DNA of 64,000 nt from the NCBI GenBank assembly GCA_963729895.1, contig CAVSQB010000011.1:32001-96000 (forward strand), in the 5' to 3' direction. The position numbers and the translations under genes are program-made. This document shows, one piece after another, positions 38,921 through 49,693 of this stretch. This stretch comes from an uncultured Fibrobacterota bacterium (GTDB lineage: Bacteria; Fibrobacterota; Chitinivibrionia; Chitinivibrionales; FEN-1185). Position 1 is the stretch's first letter, and the number at the start of each line of letters is the position of its first letter. The notes beneath the pieces are model-generated. The model was not told the origin of the DNA. It saw only the letters and a program-made list of their open reading frames with translations, and searched no databases.

Positions 38921-39651
38921 CGGGACGGTTTTGGGATCAAAGGTTTTTTCACCGTATCTCGTTGCGCCGTTGCGATTGTCGCGAGAGACGTTTCACGTTT
39001 ATCAATGACGTTTGCGAACAAAGAGAGCCCCAACCGCACCTGGAGCGACGTGGTTTCGCGCTCCGCCTCGTGCCGCGTGCGCAGGGTAACCGTTATCGAT
39101 TCGCCGTCGCGGGCGTTTCCCGCGGCCCGCCCTTCCAGCGACCTGAATTCTCTATCGGAAAGCCGGACAACGCATCCGAAATAGTGGATGGCTTCGTCGT
39201 CCGCGCCCGGCGAGCTGTACAGCGGGCGGTTGTGCAGGGGAAAAAGACGGGCCCGCTTGATCCTGATGCCCGTCTCTTCAAACAATTCCCGCACTGCGAC
39301 CGCCCCGACCTTATGGATATTGCGGTCGAGCATGCCTGCCGGAAATTCGAGGTTGAGCGCGCCGTTGCCGATCCGGCGTTGACGGATCATGAGGAAGCGT
39401 CCCTCTCCGGTCCGCCTGTTCAAAACCATCGGCACCACAATGACCGCGTGGCCCCGGATGAAAACATAGCGGTCCAACGGCCTGCCCTGCGGGTCACGGA
39501 CGTCGGCTTCACACAGTGCGAACAGCAGCTCACCGTTTGTTTTGTAAAGAAGTTGGAGAGGAGAGAACGTGCGGATCGAACAGCCTGCCGTACGCACGGT
39601 TTTTCGCCATTGCATCACTTTCGGTTCTTTACGGAAGTCACGTAGGGGCAT
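38917..39651 (-). CDS. NUDIX hydrolase (ADP-sugar pyrophosphatase-like)
   Basis: LEFPAGMLD...AVRELFEETG Nudix box; YSSPGADDE. Confidence 0.85.
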   Translation of the reverse strand: MPLRDFRKEPKVMQWRKTVRTAGCSIRTFSPLQLLYKTNGELLFALCEADVRDPQGRPLDRYVFIRGHAVIVVPMVLNRRTGEGRFLMIRQRRIGNGALNLEFPAGMLDRNIHKVGAVAVRELFEETGIRIKRARLFPLHNRPLYSSPGADDEAIHYFGCVVRLSDREFRSLEGRAAGNARDGESITVTLRTRHEAERETTSLQVRLGLSLFANVIDKRETSLATIATAQRDTVKKPLIPKPSR

Positions 39652-39697
39652 TGGGGCTCCAAAATAGGGCGGCGACCCGGAAGGTTTGGGACGCCGC

Positions 39698-41236
39698 CTA
39701 GATGAGTCTCCTGTTGAGCACCGCTTTTGTCGTTTTCCAGCCGAGCGCAAGGAGAACGGAGAAAAGGCTTACCGCCGCCGCGCCGGGGAGGCCGGTGAGA
39801 AAGAAAAGAAACACCACGAGGAACGGAAACAGGAGCAGCAGCGAAAGAACGATGAATTTCTCACAGTAAACGAAAAAAACGTAGGTCCGAAACTCAGATG
39901 ATCGCTGGCCGTAGAACCGGAGGAACCGCACGCCTTCTTGGGCAAGTTTCCGCTTGAGGCGCTTGTGGCGCGCGAATCGGGTCATAATGTCGTTCCAGCC
40001 GCTCTTTTCAACGTAGCGCATAAGGAAAGGCGTGCTGTACGAGACGTGCCCCCTGTCAAGCATGATGTCGACCATCGGTGGAATGAGTTCCTTTTCCCCC
40101 GGCATGCTTTCGTAGGCCCGATGGAGAAAGGCGAATGCTTTGAGGTTTTCGCCCTTTTCGCGGTAATAATCCGCAAGGAACCAGTAGTCCTCGATGCAGT
40201 AGGGACGTTCCAGCTTGATGACCGTCTGGACGCATTTTTCCATCTTTGTAAAGCTGCCCGTATGCCGGAGGTGATGGTAGTAATCGCGCAGGATTTCGGA
40301 ATTCCGGGGCTCTACCGACAAGGCGGCTTCAAACGCCTTCTGGGCTTGCTTGTGACTCCCTTTTTCCGAATAAGCGATTGCCTTGACGCGAAGGGCTTCA
40401 GCGTCAATCGGAGAGACGTCAAGGGCCTTGTCGGCCGTGGCAAGGGCAAGGTCGGTGTTCCCGCTGTTGAGATGCACGTAGGCAAGGTCGACATACCCTA
40501 CCGGCGAATTCGGATAAAGGCGGATGGTTTCCTGGGTGAGGGCCAGCGCATCGTCCATCTGGTCGTTTTGCGACAGACAGAACACCAGCCGCGACAGCGT
40601 CCGGATGTTCTTTGGAGAATCCTTGAGGTACTGCTGGTAGAGCGCGACACTCTTCTGGGTTTCCCCGAGGAATATGTAATGGTCCGCAAGCAAGTCCCGC
40701 ACTTCATCGAATTGGGGGTTGAGCTGGAGCGCGGTCTGAAAACAGCGCTCCGCGCTTTCGAAATCGCCGGTGCGCTCGTAGGCGATGCCGCCGTTGCGGA
40801 AGGTTTCCGGATTGTCGGTCCCGGTCCTGAGCGCCTTCTCGAAGTAGCGGATCGCCTTGTCGAACAGGTTGGTCTCCGTGTTGTACCATATCATTGCGCA
40901 GAGCACGGCTTCGGTGTCCGGATTGTACTTCTCCGCCCGCACAAGATATTTCCCCGCCTTCTTGAAAGCGTTCAGCTGCGTGTAGGCGTAAAACAGGCCG
41001 AGGAGCACGTCGACATTTCTGTTGTCGATCTTCAGGCTTTTTTGAAGGTGGGGGATCGCCTTGCGCGGTTCGTCCTGTTCAAGGTACACGCGCGAATACA
41101 GGAAATAGATTTCCCATTCGTCCTGGTAGAACGAGGCGTAGTTGTCAAGAAGAGCAAGGGCTTCTTCGTAAAGCCCCAGTTCCAGAAGCTCCTGGATACG
41201 TTCAACCAGGTCCTGCAGTTCCAGCCATTCGTCCAT
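39698..41236 (-). CDS. Tetratricopeptide repeat protein with C-terminal TM hairpin
   Basis: Repeated A...Y.KAL...P TPR pattern; hydrophobic C-terminus. Confidence 0.85.
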   Translation of the reverse strand: MDEWLELQDLVERIQELLELGLYEEALALLDNYASFYQDEWEIYFLYSRVYLEQDEPRKAIPHLQKSLKIDNRNVDVLLGLFYAYTQLNAFKKAGKYLVRAEKYNPDTEAVLCAMIWYNTETNLFDKAIRYFEKALRTGTDNPETFRNGGIAYERTGDFESAERCFQTALQLNPQFDEVRDLLADHYIFLGETQKSVALYQQYLKDSPKNIRTLSRLVFCLSQNDQMDDALALTQETIRLYPNSPVGYVDLAYVHLNSGNTDLALATADKALDVSPIDAEALRVKAIAYSEKGSHKQAQKAFEAALSVEPRNSEILRDYYHHLRHTGSFTKMEKCVQTVIKLERPYCIEDYWFLADYYREKGENLKAFAFLHRAYESMPGEKELIPPMVDIMLDRGHVSYSTPFLMRYVEKSGWNDIMTRFARHKRLKRKLAQEGVRFLRFYGQRSSEFRTYVFFVYCEKFIVLSLLLLFPFLVVFLFFLTGLPGAAAVSLFSVLLALGWKTTKAVLNRRLI

Positions 41237-41520
41237 ACGTGTCGCGTTACCTCAAGGGGGAAAATACTTGATACAAAACCGGAGGGAGATGGGATTCGGA
41301 GAACAGGGAGGAGGGGCGAAAATGCCGGGAAGAAGAGTCTGACGGAAAAATTTGCGCCAAGCGTGCCCAACGGCGGAAAAGAGTGATCAGGATGCGATGA
41401 TTGTGTCCCTTGCGAATAACCTACATGGTACCTTACTATCTGCAATAACCGCACCAGAAGGTGTCGTTCGGCGCAGCTATGGTAGGAGAGGGTCCTAATT
41501 TACCTGGCAGTAACTTCCCC

Positions 41521-41874
41521 TCAAACCGCCCTCGGCTCCATCACCAGTCTCAGCCCCTCCAGAATCTCCCGAATTCTTTTCGCCGAAACCCTACCGATCT
41601 TTTCCTTCAAATCCGACTTGTCCAGCGTCATCATTTGCGTCACATTGACTACGCTTGCTCGCGGCAGTCCGGCCTCGCCTTTTCGTAAGAGGACATTCCC
41701 GGGAATAGAGGCGCGTGAGAGGTTGGAGGTGAGCGCGATTCCGATCGTTGTGTTGATACGGCTGGCGTTGAAAACGTTGTTCTGAACTATCACATAAGGA
41801 TGTCTGTACCCGGGTTCGGATCCCGATGGATCATCAAGCTCGGCCCAGACGATGTCTCCTTGCTGGATCACCAT
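41521..41874 (-). CDS. mazF: PemK/MazF-family toxin
   Basis: QGDIVWAEL.P.GSEPGYRHPYVIVQNN.FN, LTSN, SVVNVTQ. Confidence 0.92.
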   Translation of the reverse strand: MVIQQGDIVWAELDDPSGSEPGYRHPYVIVQNNVFNASRINTTIGIALTSNLSRASIPGNVLLRKGEAGLPRASVVNVTQMMTLDKSDLKEKIGRVSAKRIREILEGLRLVMEPRAV

Positions 41875-42116
41875 CGTTCCGCCTGCTTCCGGCGAGAATA
41901 TGCTTTTTCCCGTTTGTGACGGGAAACGTCTTCAGTATCGTCCCTGTAAGAAGCGTTTATCCTGCGGATCAAATCAAGGTTTTCGTCCTTCTCGATCATG
42001 TGCTTTGCCGCCTGGCCGAAGAACTGGCTTCTCGAAATGTGGAGCTTTTTGGCGAGATGTTGGACTTTTTTGAACGTTTTTGTGTCAATGGAGATGGCCG
42101 TTTTTGTGGTGTTCAT
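41868..42116 (-). CDS. Ribbon-helix-helix antitoxin of the MazF toxin
   Basis: KTAISI...LHISRSQFF; overlaps the toxin start; AAGGAG RBS. Confidence 0.85.
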   Translation of the reverse strand: MNTTKTAISIDTKTFKKVQHLAKKLHISRSQFFGQAAKHMIEKDENLDLIRRINASYRDDTEDVSRHKREKAYSRRKQAERW

Positions 42117-42130
42117 GAGTGACTCTCCTT

Positions 42131-42151
42131 GGTTATACCAAAAGTATAACC
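42131..42151. promoter_or_regulatory. Probable autoregulatory operator of the toxin-antitoxin operon
   Basis: Perfect inverted repeat GGTTATAC-CAAAA-GTATAACC just upstream of the antitoxin RBS. Confidence 0.7.
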
Positions 42152-42311
42152 CATGACGCTGGGAAAGTCAAATCCAACCATTCTTGGAACCCTGATGACT
42201 CATGCCGTCGTCCCATCCGTTATCATGTACAACGGATAAGCGGGGATATATTTTAAAAACCAATGTAACGAAAAAACCGCGTGTATCGTTCAGACAGGAG
42301 GAGCGGTTCGC

Positions 42312-43385
42312 ATGATAATCCACCTGACGCGCGACGCAACGGCCAAGGACAAACAGGACGTCATCGACAGGATCCATTCGGCCGGCCTCAAGCACGAAGA
42401 CCTGCATGCCACCACCGGAATCACGCTCATCGGCGTGCTCGGCGACACGAGCGCGGTGGAAGAGGGCTATTTCCTGGAACTCTCCGGCGTTGACAAGGTC
42501 ATCCGCATTTCGCGGCCCTACAAGCTTGTCTCGCGCGAATTTTCCGGCGTTTCAAAGGTTGTTTCGGTCGGCGACGTCAAAATCGGGGGCGACAAACTTG
42601 TCGTCATGGCCGGACCGTGCGCGCTGGAGAATGAGAATCAGGTTGAAACCATCGCCGGCTACATAGCCGGCCTCGGGGTCCCGGTGATGCGCGGGGGCGC
42701 GTATAAACCACGAACTTCGCCTTATGCGTTCCAGGGCATGGGCCTTGCGGGGCTCAAACTGCTGGCGAACATACGGCGGAGCTACGGCCTCGCAATCATC
42801 ACCGAGGCAACCGGGCTTCACCGGCATATTGCACCGGACGGGACCCGGGAAGAGAAGACCGTACTCGAAAACGTCATCGAGTACGCGGACATCATTCAGG
42901 TGGGTGCGCGCAACATGAAAGCGTACGGGTTTCTCCAGGAACTGGCTATTTTGACAAAGGATAACAAGAAGCCGATTCTCCTCAAGCGCGGCGAGTCGTC
43001 CACCATCAAGGACTTCCTGCTTGCGGCGGAATATCTCGTGGCCAACGGAAACCCCAACGTGATTCTCTGCCTGCGGGGCATCCGTACGTTCGAAGAGGAA
43101 AAGTTCCAGCGGTACACGGCGGACGTCGGCGCCGTCCCGGTGCTTAAGAGGGAATCCAACCTTCCCGTGGTGTTCGACCCGTCTCACGCCGCGGGGTACC
43201 GGGCAAACGTGTACCGGTTGAGCATGGCTGCCGTTGCTGCAGGCGCGGATGGCCTCCTCATCGAAACGCACAACGACCCGGCTCATGCGCTGTGCGACGG
43301 TGAACAGTGCGTGACGCGGGAGCAGTTGGGGAAAATCAAGGATGATGCGGAAAAGATCCGCGGACTGCTGCCGGGCGCATACTGA
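42312..43385 (+). CDS. aroF: DAHP synthase type I-beta with N-terminal ferredoxin-like regulatory domain
   Basis: MAGPC, RGGAYKPRTSPYAFQG, QVGARNM, LLKRG, DPSHA, IETH, CDGEQ. Confidence 0.92.
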   Translation: MIIHLTRDATAKDKQDVIDRIHSAGLKHEDLHATTGITLIGVLGDTSAVEEGYFLELSGVDKVIRISRPYKLVSREFSGVSKVVSVGDVKIGGDKLVVMAGPCALENENQVETIAGYIAGLGVPVMRGGAYKPRTSPYAFQGMGLAGLKLLANIRRSYGLAIITEATGLHRHIAPDGTREEKTVLENVIEYADIIQVGARNMKAYGFLQELAILTKDNKKPILLKRGESSTIKDFLLAAEYLVANGNPNVILCLRGIRTFEEEKFQRYTADVGAVPVLKRESNLPVVFDPSHAAGYRANVYRLSMAAVAAGADGLLIETHNDPAHALCDGEQCVTREQLGKIKDDAEKIRGLLPGAY

Positions 43386-43406
43386 TTTGTAAGGAGGACA
43401 TGCGAG

Positions 43407-44399
43407 TTGAGCATCGTAGCGGAATTTGCACGCGAGCTTCACACGGCCTATCCGGGCAAGAACGACCGTTCGCTCGTCCCTTTGGACTACCCTTCGAAAG
43501 GCGAAGGGCTCACCGGCATCCGCGTCGTGCTGTTTGACGTGTACGGAACGCTCTTCAACTATTGGCGGCCGGAATTCGGCGCGGAATCGAGCAAACAGGG
43601 GATTCTTCTGAAGGCTTTCAGGGAGACTATTTCCCGTTTCGGCATGCAGAAATTCCTTTTCGAAATGAACCCAGTCGAGCCGGCCGAAAAAACGCTGAGC
43701 GATTTATATCACGGCCTCATCACTCTCAAACATGAGCTGTCGGCCGAAAAGAAAATCGAATTTCCTGAAATCAGGATTGAAACAATTTGGGAACCCATCG
43801 TGCTCATGCTCAAACGCAGAGGGTACGATCCCTCGGCGATGCATCTCGGCGGCGATGCCGACTTTGTCAAATGCGTTGCCTATTGCTACAACTTCTTTTC
43901 ATTCAACCGCGGCCTGTATCCGGGCGTCGCTGAAGCCCTCAAACGGCTGCGGTCCGAGAACATTCTCCTGGGAATCGTGTCGAACGCGCAGTTCTACACG
44001 CTGGTGGACCTGTCGCTGTTTCTACGGGACCAAACGTCTGGTGAATGCGACGATTACGTCCGGCTGTTCGACAGAGACTTGCTGTTCTTCTCATTTGAAT
44101 ACGGCGTTTCCAAACCGAACCCCATGCTTTTTAGAAAGTTGTTCGACGCGTTGTACGAGTATCATGTGCTCCCGTCGCAGGCCCTGTTCGTGGGAAACGA
44201 TCTGGCGTCCGACGTCAAGCCGGCTCAGGAGGCCGGCATGAAGACCGCGCTTTTTACCGGCGACGGTGAAAGCGTGTTTCTGCACGGCCTTGGCGGCACG
44301 GTGATGCCCGACATCTGTTTTTCGAAGTGGGACGACTTCGCAAACCTGGTCACGTTTTTCTCAAAAGAAGGCGTTGAAACAACGAAAGGACCCGGGTAA
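43407..44399 (+). CDS. HAD-family hydrolase
   Basis: FDVYGTL, IVSN, SKPNP, FVGNDLASD. Confidence 0.88.
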   Translation: MSIVAEFARELHTAYPGKNDRSLVPLDYPSKGEGLTGIRVVLFDVYGTLFNYWRPEFGAESSKQGILLKAFRETISRFGMQKFLFEMNPVEPAEKTLSDLYHGLITLKHELSAEKKIEFPEIRIETIWEPIVLMLKRRGYDPSAMHLGGDADFVKCVAYCYNFFSFNRGLYPGVAEALKRLRSENILLGIVSNAQFYTLVDLSLFLRDQTSGECDDYVRLFDRDLLFFSFEYGVSKPNPMLFRKLFDALYEYHVLPSQALFVGNDLASDVKPAQEAGMKTALFTGDGESVFLHGLGGTVMPDICFSKWDDFANLVTFFSKEGVETTKGPG

Positions 44400-47300
44400 T
44401 GTCGACATTGAAGCGCATGCACATCGTGCTGTTCGCCGCGTGTTCGCTGGCGCTCGCCGGCGCGGGTGAGGCCAATTTCTTCACCGATTCCGTAGGGAGC
44501 ATCGACGCGCTTCCTGCGGCGTTGCTCAAGGGCGCGCAGGAGGCGTACGGCGTAAACATGAAGGGTCTCGACGCTCTTGACAGAGGAGAACTCGACAGCG
44601 CCGCGGTTTACTTTTCCCGGGCCATGTCGCTGGTCCCGAATTACACCGACGCCCGGAATAATATGGGCGTCGTGCATTTCAGGCGCGGCAACATTTCCCA
44701 GGCGCGGGAAATCTGGCGCTCCATAACCGAAAGCGACCCGTCGTACGCGACGGCATACTACAACCTGGGTGTCATTGCCTTTCACGAAAAGGACTTTCAG
44801 GCCGGCAGTGCCGTGCTGCAAAAGGCGCTGGGCCTCAACAGGAAGTTCGTTGAGGCATACATCATGCTCGGCCGGATGGAACTCATGATGGGCAAGAGAC
44901 GCGAGGGACTCGAACGGTTCCGGGAAGCGTACAAGATCGCTCCCGACCGTGCCGAGGCCTGGCAGTTTTTGGCCTACGGCCTCGTATACGGCGGCGACAC
45001 GGCTGCGGCGGTTGCGGTGCTTTCAAAACACAAAGACGATGCCGCGGCCCTCAAAATGCTCGGCGAAATCGAATCGTTCCGCAAGAACTACAAGGCGGCG
45101 TCCGGCTATTTTCTGGAAGCGGCGTCCCGGGGCGGCAACCCCGACCAGTTGCTCGACCTGGCCTCGTCGGAAATTGACGAACACAACTGTGCGGACGCAC
45201 GGGCCACGCTCGCCGTGTATGCCTCCAAGGTTTCGGTCCAGGCCGCGGACGCCTACCTCTACGCGGGCATCGCGGCAAAGGACTGCGGGGACATTCCCGC
45301 AGCTCGCGCGGCTTTCGAAAAGGGAGTCCAGAAGTATCCCGCCGATCCCATCCTGCGATACAATCTCGGCCAGATTTACTTTCTCCTCAAACAGTATGAC
45401 CTGGCTGAAGGAATGTGGAACTCGGTGAGCGACTCCCTCAACGATCCGTCGCTGTTCTACCTGCGCGCGCTCAACGCCCGGCAGCGCGGCAACCTCGCGC
45501 TCGCGGAAAATTACGTGCGCAGCGCCATCCGGCGCGACGAGAGACCCGAATACCTCGACCTGCTCGGCGTTGTCCAGTATGCCCAGGGAAACAAAGAGGA
45601 GGCCGCGGCAAGCTTCAGGAGAGCGCTCAAGATCGATCCCGAATTGCGTTCGGCCCAGTTGAACCTTGCCGTGGTGTCGCAATCCAAGGACGAACTGGAA
45701 AAAGCGGCCGCGGACCTGGAGAAGAAACGCGACGAATGCAGGAGCAAGTGCCAGGATGTCGCGCTGGAGCTTTCCATTTTGTACTATCACGAGGGACTGG
45801 TGGACAAGGCTGCGCGCCTTCTTGAAACGCTGCCCGACGGTGAAAAAAGCGAGCGCATCTTCCGCCATCTCGCCCTGTACTACCGTGACCTTCACGAATG
45901 GGACAAGGCGATCCGGACGCTCGAAAAATCGAAGACGTTCTTTGTGATCGATCTGCAGACCGAATACGAACTGGCCGAAGATTACCTGTTTTCGGGCAAC
46001 AACCGGAAAGCGGTTGACGCGCTCAACGAGCTCCTTGGGAAATGGGAGCAGAACCCGTGGAGAATCTACTATCAGCTTGGGTATGCCTACATGGAAATGA
46101 AGGAGTTTGCAAAGGCAAAATCCTCCCTTGAGCAGAGCCTCAGGAAGAAACAGGACAACCTTGCCGCGCAAGGGCTGCTGGCTTACATCCTGAACGCGCA
46201 GGGGGACGTTGCGCAGGCGCGGACGCTGTGGGAAAAGACGCTCAGGGAAGACCCGTCGAACGTCGCCCTGCTCGTGAACATGGGGCTCTCGCTCGAAAAA
46301 GACGGGAAGTACGAAGAGGCGTTGCAATACTATCAGAAAGCCCAGCTGCTCAAGACGGATGACAAGGCGATCCAGATCAATATCGGCAACGCCTACAGCG
46401 GCATGGAAAAGAACCGCGAGGCGATCAACGCCTACACGGCCGCTCTCACCTCGCCCAAGCGCACGCTTGCCGCGTACGACATTTTCATCCTTGCGCAGAA
46501 GACCGGGGACGAGACCGCCGCGTCCGGCATGCTTTCGATTTTGACCGGCGAATTTCCCTCGTCGCCCTACACCGCCCGGGCGCAGGCCGACATGCTCCTG
46601 TTGAAGAAGGACACGGCGGCGGCGCTTGCGAAACTCGAAGCGGCATCGGACAAGGACCCCGGCGACCTGATAACGCTAGCCCGCATCTACACAAACAGGA
46701 AGAATGCGGCCAAGGCGTCGCACTACCTCGCCCTGCTTCCCGCGGAACCCTACTGGGAGAAGGCAAAGACAGGCGTGACGGCCCAGATGGATTTTTTCTC
46801 GGGCAACTATGCGCGCGCGTTTGCGGAATGGAAGAGCCTGGACGATTCGAGCTTTGCAACGCTTTACAACATGGCCGTGGCGGCGTTTAACGCAAAGGAA
46901 TATGCCGATGCGATTGCGATAGGAGAAAGGGCTGTGGGGAAGGCGCGCGGCGAAGACAGGGCCGACGTATGCAGGGTTGCGGGTAACTCGGCCATGGGGC
47001 TCAAACAATGGAAGAAGGCGCTTGAGTGGTACCAGCAGCTCGAGGACGTCAAACGCACCGACCCGCTCGTGCAGTATAACCTTGCCGTCATCTGTTATAA
47101 TCTGGGGACCATGGAAGAAAGCTGGACCTACTACCAGAAAGCCAGGCGGCTCGATCCCAAGCTTGAAAACAAGGACATCGAAAAACGGTACCAGGCTTTG
47201 CATTCCCCGGGCGCCGGCATTGCACAGATAATGGATTCCGTTGACTACTGGTACAATACCGCCGTCACCCTGCAGGACAGCGCTCACGACACTACCGCCG

Positions 47301-47602
47301 AGGCGTATTACAGGAAGATATTGGAAAAGAACCCGGCATACTACCTCGCCTGGAACAACCTGGGAGCAATTTACTCCGGAAGGGGCGAATTGGATACGGC
47401 TGTGGAATGTTACCTCAAATCAATAGAAAAGCGGCACGACATTCCGGAGGCGTATGCAAACCTCGTGAATATTTACATCGAGATGAAGAACATCAAGGAG
47501 GCGCAGCGCTGGATTCTCAAGGGCCGGGGCCATAATCCCGACAGCGAACTGCTCAAGGAGCTTGAGGTAAAGGTGAAGGAATTGGCAAAGAAGAAATTCT
47601 GA
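44399..47602 (+). CDS. Large exported TPR protein
   Basis: Signal peptide; many YNLG/NNLG TPR units. Confidence 0.88.
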   Translation: MSTLKRMHIVLFAACSLALAGAGEANFFTDSVGSIDALPAALLKGAQEAYGVNMKGLDALDRGELDSAAVYFSRAMSLVPNYTDARNNMGVVHFRRGNISQAREIWRSITESDPSYATAYYNLGVIAFHEKDFQAGSAVLQKALGLNRKFVEAYIMLGRMELMMGKRREGLERFREAYKIAPDRAEAWQFLAYGLVYGGDTAAAVAVLSKHKDDAAALKMLGEIESFRKNYKAASGYFLEAASRGGNPDQLLDLASSEIDEHNCADARATLAVYASKVSVQAADAYLYAGIAAKDCGDIPAARAAFEKGVQKYPADPILRYNLGQIYFLLKQYDLAEGMWNSVSDSLNDPSLFYLRALNARQRGNLALAENYVRSAIRRDERPEYLDLLGVVQYAQGNKEEAAASFRRALKIDPELRSAQLNLAVVSQSKDELEKAAADLEKKRDECRSKCQDVALELSILYYHEGLVDKAARLLETLPDGEKSERIFRHLALYYRDLHEWDKAIRTLEKSKTFFVIDLQTEYELAEDYLFSGNNRKAVDALNELLGKWEQNPWRIYYQLGYAYMEMKEFAKAKSSLEQSLRKKQDNLAAQGLLAYILNAQGDVAQARTLWEKTLREDPSNVALLVNMGLSLEKDGKYEEALQYYQKAQLLKTDDKAIQINIGNAYSGMEKNREAINAYTAALTSPKRTLAAYDIFILAQKTGDETAASGMLSILTGEFPSSPYTARAQADMLLLKKDTAAALAKLEAASDKDPGDLITLARIYTNRKNAAKASHYLALLPAEPYWEKAKTGVTAQMDFFSGNYARAFAEWKSLDDSSFATLYNMAVAAFNAKEYADAIAIGERAVGKARGEDRADVCRVAGNSAMGLKQWKKALEWYQQLEDVKRTDPLVQYNLAVICYNLGTMEESWTYYQKARRLDPKLENKDIEKRYQALHSPGAGIAQIMDSVDYWYNTAVTLQDSAHDTTAEAYYRKILEKNPAYYLAWNNLGAIYSGRGELDTAVECYLKSIEKRHDIPEAYANLVNIYIEMKNIKEAQRWILKGRGHNPDSELLKELEVKVKELAKKKF

Positions 47603-47847
47603 GAAGGACGGCCTTGCGTGAAATCAAAAACAAACCGCTATCGCGACCCTCGCATCCGCTACAATCTTGAAGGCTGGAGCCGGAAAAAGCCTTTCGGGAC
47701 CGGCTCGCCGGAACTGGGAAAACAGGCCATGGGGTTTGGCAGGAGGAAGAAGGGAAAATCGTGAAGCGGTATTCGCCCTCATATATTTTTGGTTTGTAAT
47801 CCTTCTTGAGACGGCAACGCGCAGCAATCCGGCAGTCGGAGGAAGTA

Positions 47848-49179
47848 ATGGATTTCATGGATTCGGTCCTTATCGTCGGCAGCGGGGGCCGCGAGCACGC
47901 GATGGTCAAGGCGCTGTTGCGCTCCGACCGGCCGCTGTTCATGTTCGGCTACCCCGGCAATCCGGGCATGCAGAACGACGGGTGTACGCTCGTTGACAGG
48001 AAGATGAAAGATTGGAACGAGCTCGCCGAATGGGTGGACAAAACCGGAATCGACCTGACCGTGGTGGGCCCCGAAGCGCCGCTGGTGGACGGCATCGTCG
48101 ACACGTTCAGGAAGAAGGGGCGCGCCATCTTCGGGCCGACCAGGAAAGCGGCGCAGCTCGAAGGGAGCAAGTCGTTTGCCAAGAAGTTCATGAAGAAATA
48201 CGGCATACCCACGGCAGCGTTCTCAGTCTTTGACAACAAGGAAGCTGCCGTCGGCTACGTGAAAAAACAAGGCGTCCCCATCGTCGTCAAGGCAAGCGGC
48301 CTGGCGGCGGGAAAGGGCGCGGTGGTGTGCGACACGATGAAAGAGGCAACCGACGCGCTGTCCCTCATGTTCGACGGCAAGGCGTTTGGAGAAGCAAGCG
48401 CCACCGTGGTTGTCGAGGAGAAAATGAGCGGTGAGGAAGCCTCGGTCTTTGTCCTCACCGACGGAAAAACGTACAAGATCCTTCCGGTTTCACAGGACCA
48501 CAAGCGCATCGGCGACAACGATACCGGACCCAACACAGGCGGCATGGGCGCGTATGCGCCGTGCCCGCTTGTGGACAAGAAAATGCTCACGCGGATTGAA
48601 GAAGAAATAATCGTACCAACGCTCGAAGGCATGAAGAAGGAAGACTGTGCGTATCAGGGGCTGCTGTACGCGGGCGTCATGACGACGCCGGAAGGCCCCA
48701 AAGTGGTCGAATACAACTGCCGGTTCGGCGACCCGGAGACGCAGGCCGTGCTGCCGCTTGTCGAGTGCGACTGGTACGAGGCCTTCCTGGCGTGCGCCAC
48801 GGGAAAATTGTCGTCGGTGAAATGGCGGGTGAGGCCCGGGTACTGCGTTTCGGTGGTGCTTGCCTCCAAGGGGTATCCCGGAGCGTACGAAAAAGGGAAA
48901 GTCATTGAAGGCATAGAAAAGGCCGAAGGCCATAAGAGCAACGTGGACGCGTACCATGCGGGAACGGCGCTCAACGCCGGCGGCGACTTTGTCACCAACG
49001 GCGGGCGCGTGCTCACCGTGAGCGCATGGGACGAATCGTTGTCCGATGCCATTGCGGAGGCATACGAAGCGGTGGGCAAAGTCGATTTCGATGGCAAGAC
49101 CTTCAGAAAAGATATCGCGGCCAAGGGATTGGCCAGGCTCAAAAAGAACGGGACTGCCGCGTCGGCGGTTGCGAGATAG
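47848..49179 (+). CDS. purD: Phosphoribosylamine--glycine ligase
   Basis: GSGGREHA, VGPEAPL, GLAAGKG, QDHKR, GPNTGGMGAY, EYNCRFGDPETQ, TNGGRVL. Confidence 0.97.
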   Translation: MDFMDSVLIVGSGGREHAMVKALLRSDRPLFMFGYPGNPGMQNDGCTLVDRKMKDWNELAEWVDKTGIDLTVVGPEAPLVDGIVDTFRKKGRAIFGPTRKAAQLEGSKSFAKKFMKKYGIPTAAFSVFDNKEAAVGYVKKQGVPIVVKASGLAAGKGAVVCDTMKEATDALSLMFDGKAFGEASATVVVEEKMSGEEASVFVLTDGKTYKILPVSQDHKRIGDNDTGPNTGGMGAYAPCPLVDKKMLTRIEEEIIVPTLEGMKKEDCAYQGLLYAGVMTTPEGPKVVEYNCRFGDPETQAVLPLVECDWYEAFLACATGKLSSVKWRVRPGYCVSVVLASKGYPGAYEKGKVIEGIEKAEGHKSNVDAYHAGTALNAGGDFVTNGGRVLTVSAWDESLSDAIAEAYEAVGKVDFDGKTFRKDIAAKGLARLKKNGTAASAVAR

Positions 49180-49228
49180 GAAAACGATCGGTGTTCGTAC
49201 CGTACCTTCGGTTGCGGAGGAGTTTTAC

Positions 49229-49693
49229 ATGGCGGGAATGAAAGTCGCGCTCGTGACGGGTTCCAAGTCGGACAAGGATCACGCCGACAAGGCCGAATCG
49301 TTGCTCAAGGAATTCGGCGTGGATTTTGAGACGTTCGTGATATCGGCCCACCGCAACCCGAACAAGATAAAGAAGTTCTCCCGAAGCGCGGAGGAAAACG
49401 GGTTCGGCGTGATTATCGCCATGGCCGGTCTTGCCGCGCACCTCCCCGGCGTGGTTGCGAGCCTCACGGTACTTCCCGTCATAGGCGTTCCCATCGAGTC
49501 GGGCCCGCTACATGGCGAAGACGCCCTGCTTTCAATCGTGCAGATGCCTCCGGGCGTGCCTGTGGCCTCCGTGGGGATCGGCAATGCGAAGAACGCCGCG
49601 CTGCTCGCCGTGCAGATCCTGTCGGTCCACAACATGAAGCTCCGGGAGAAGATGCGGGAGTACCGCAAGCAGTTCGGGGATGACCTTGACTGA
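49229..49693 (+). CDS. purE: N5-CAIR mutase
   Basis: GSKSD, SAHRNP, AGLAAHLPG, PVIGVP, SIVQMPPGVPVA, NAALLA. Confidence 0.96.
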   Translation: MAGMKVALVTGSKSDKDHADKAESLLKEFGVDFETFVISAHRNPNKIKKFSRSAEENGFGVIIAMAGLAAHLPGVVASLTVLPVIGVPIESGPLHGEDALLSIVQMPPGVPVASVGIGNAKNAALLAVQILSVHNMKLREKMREYRKQFGDDLD

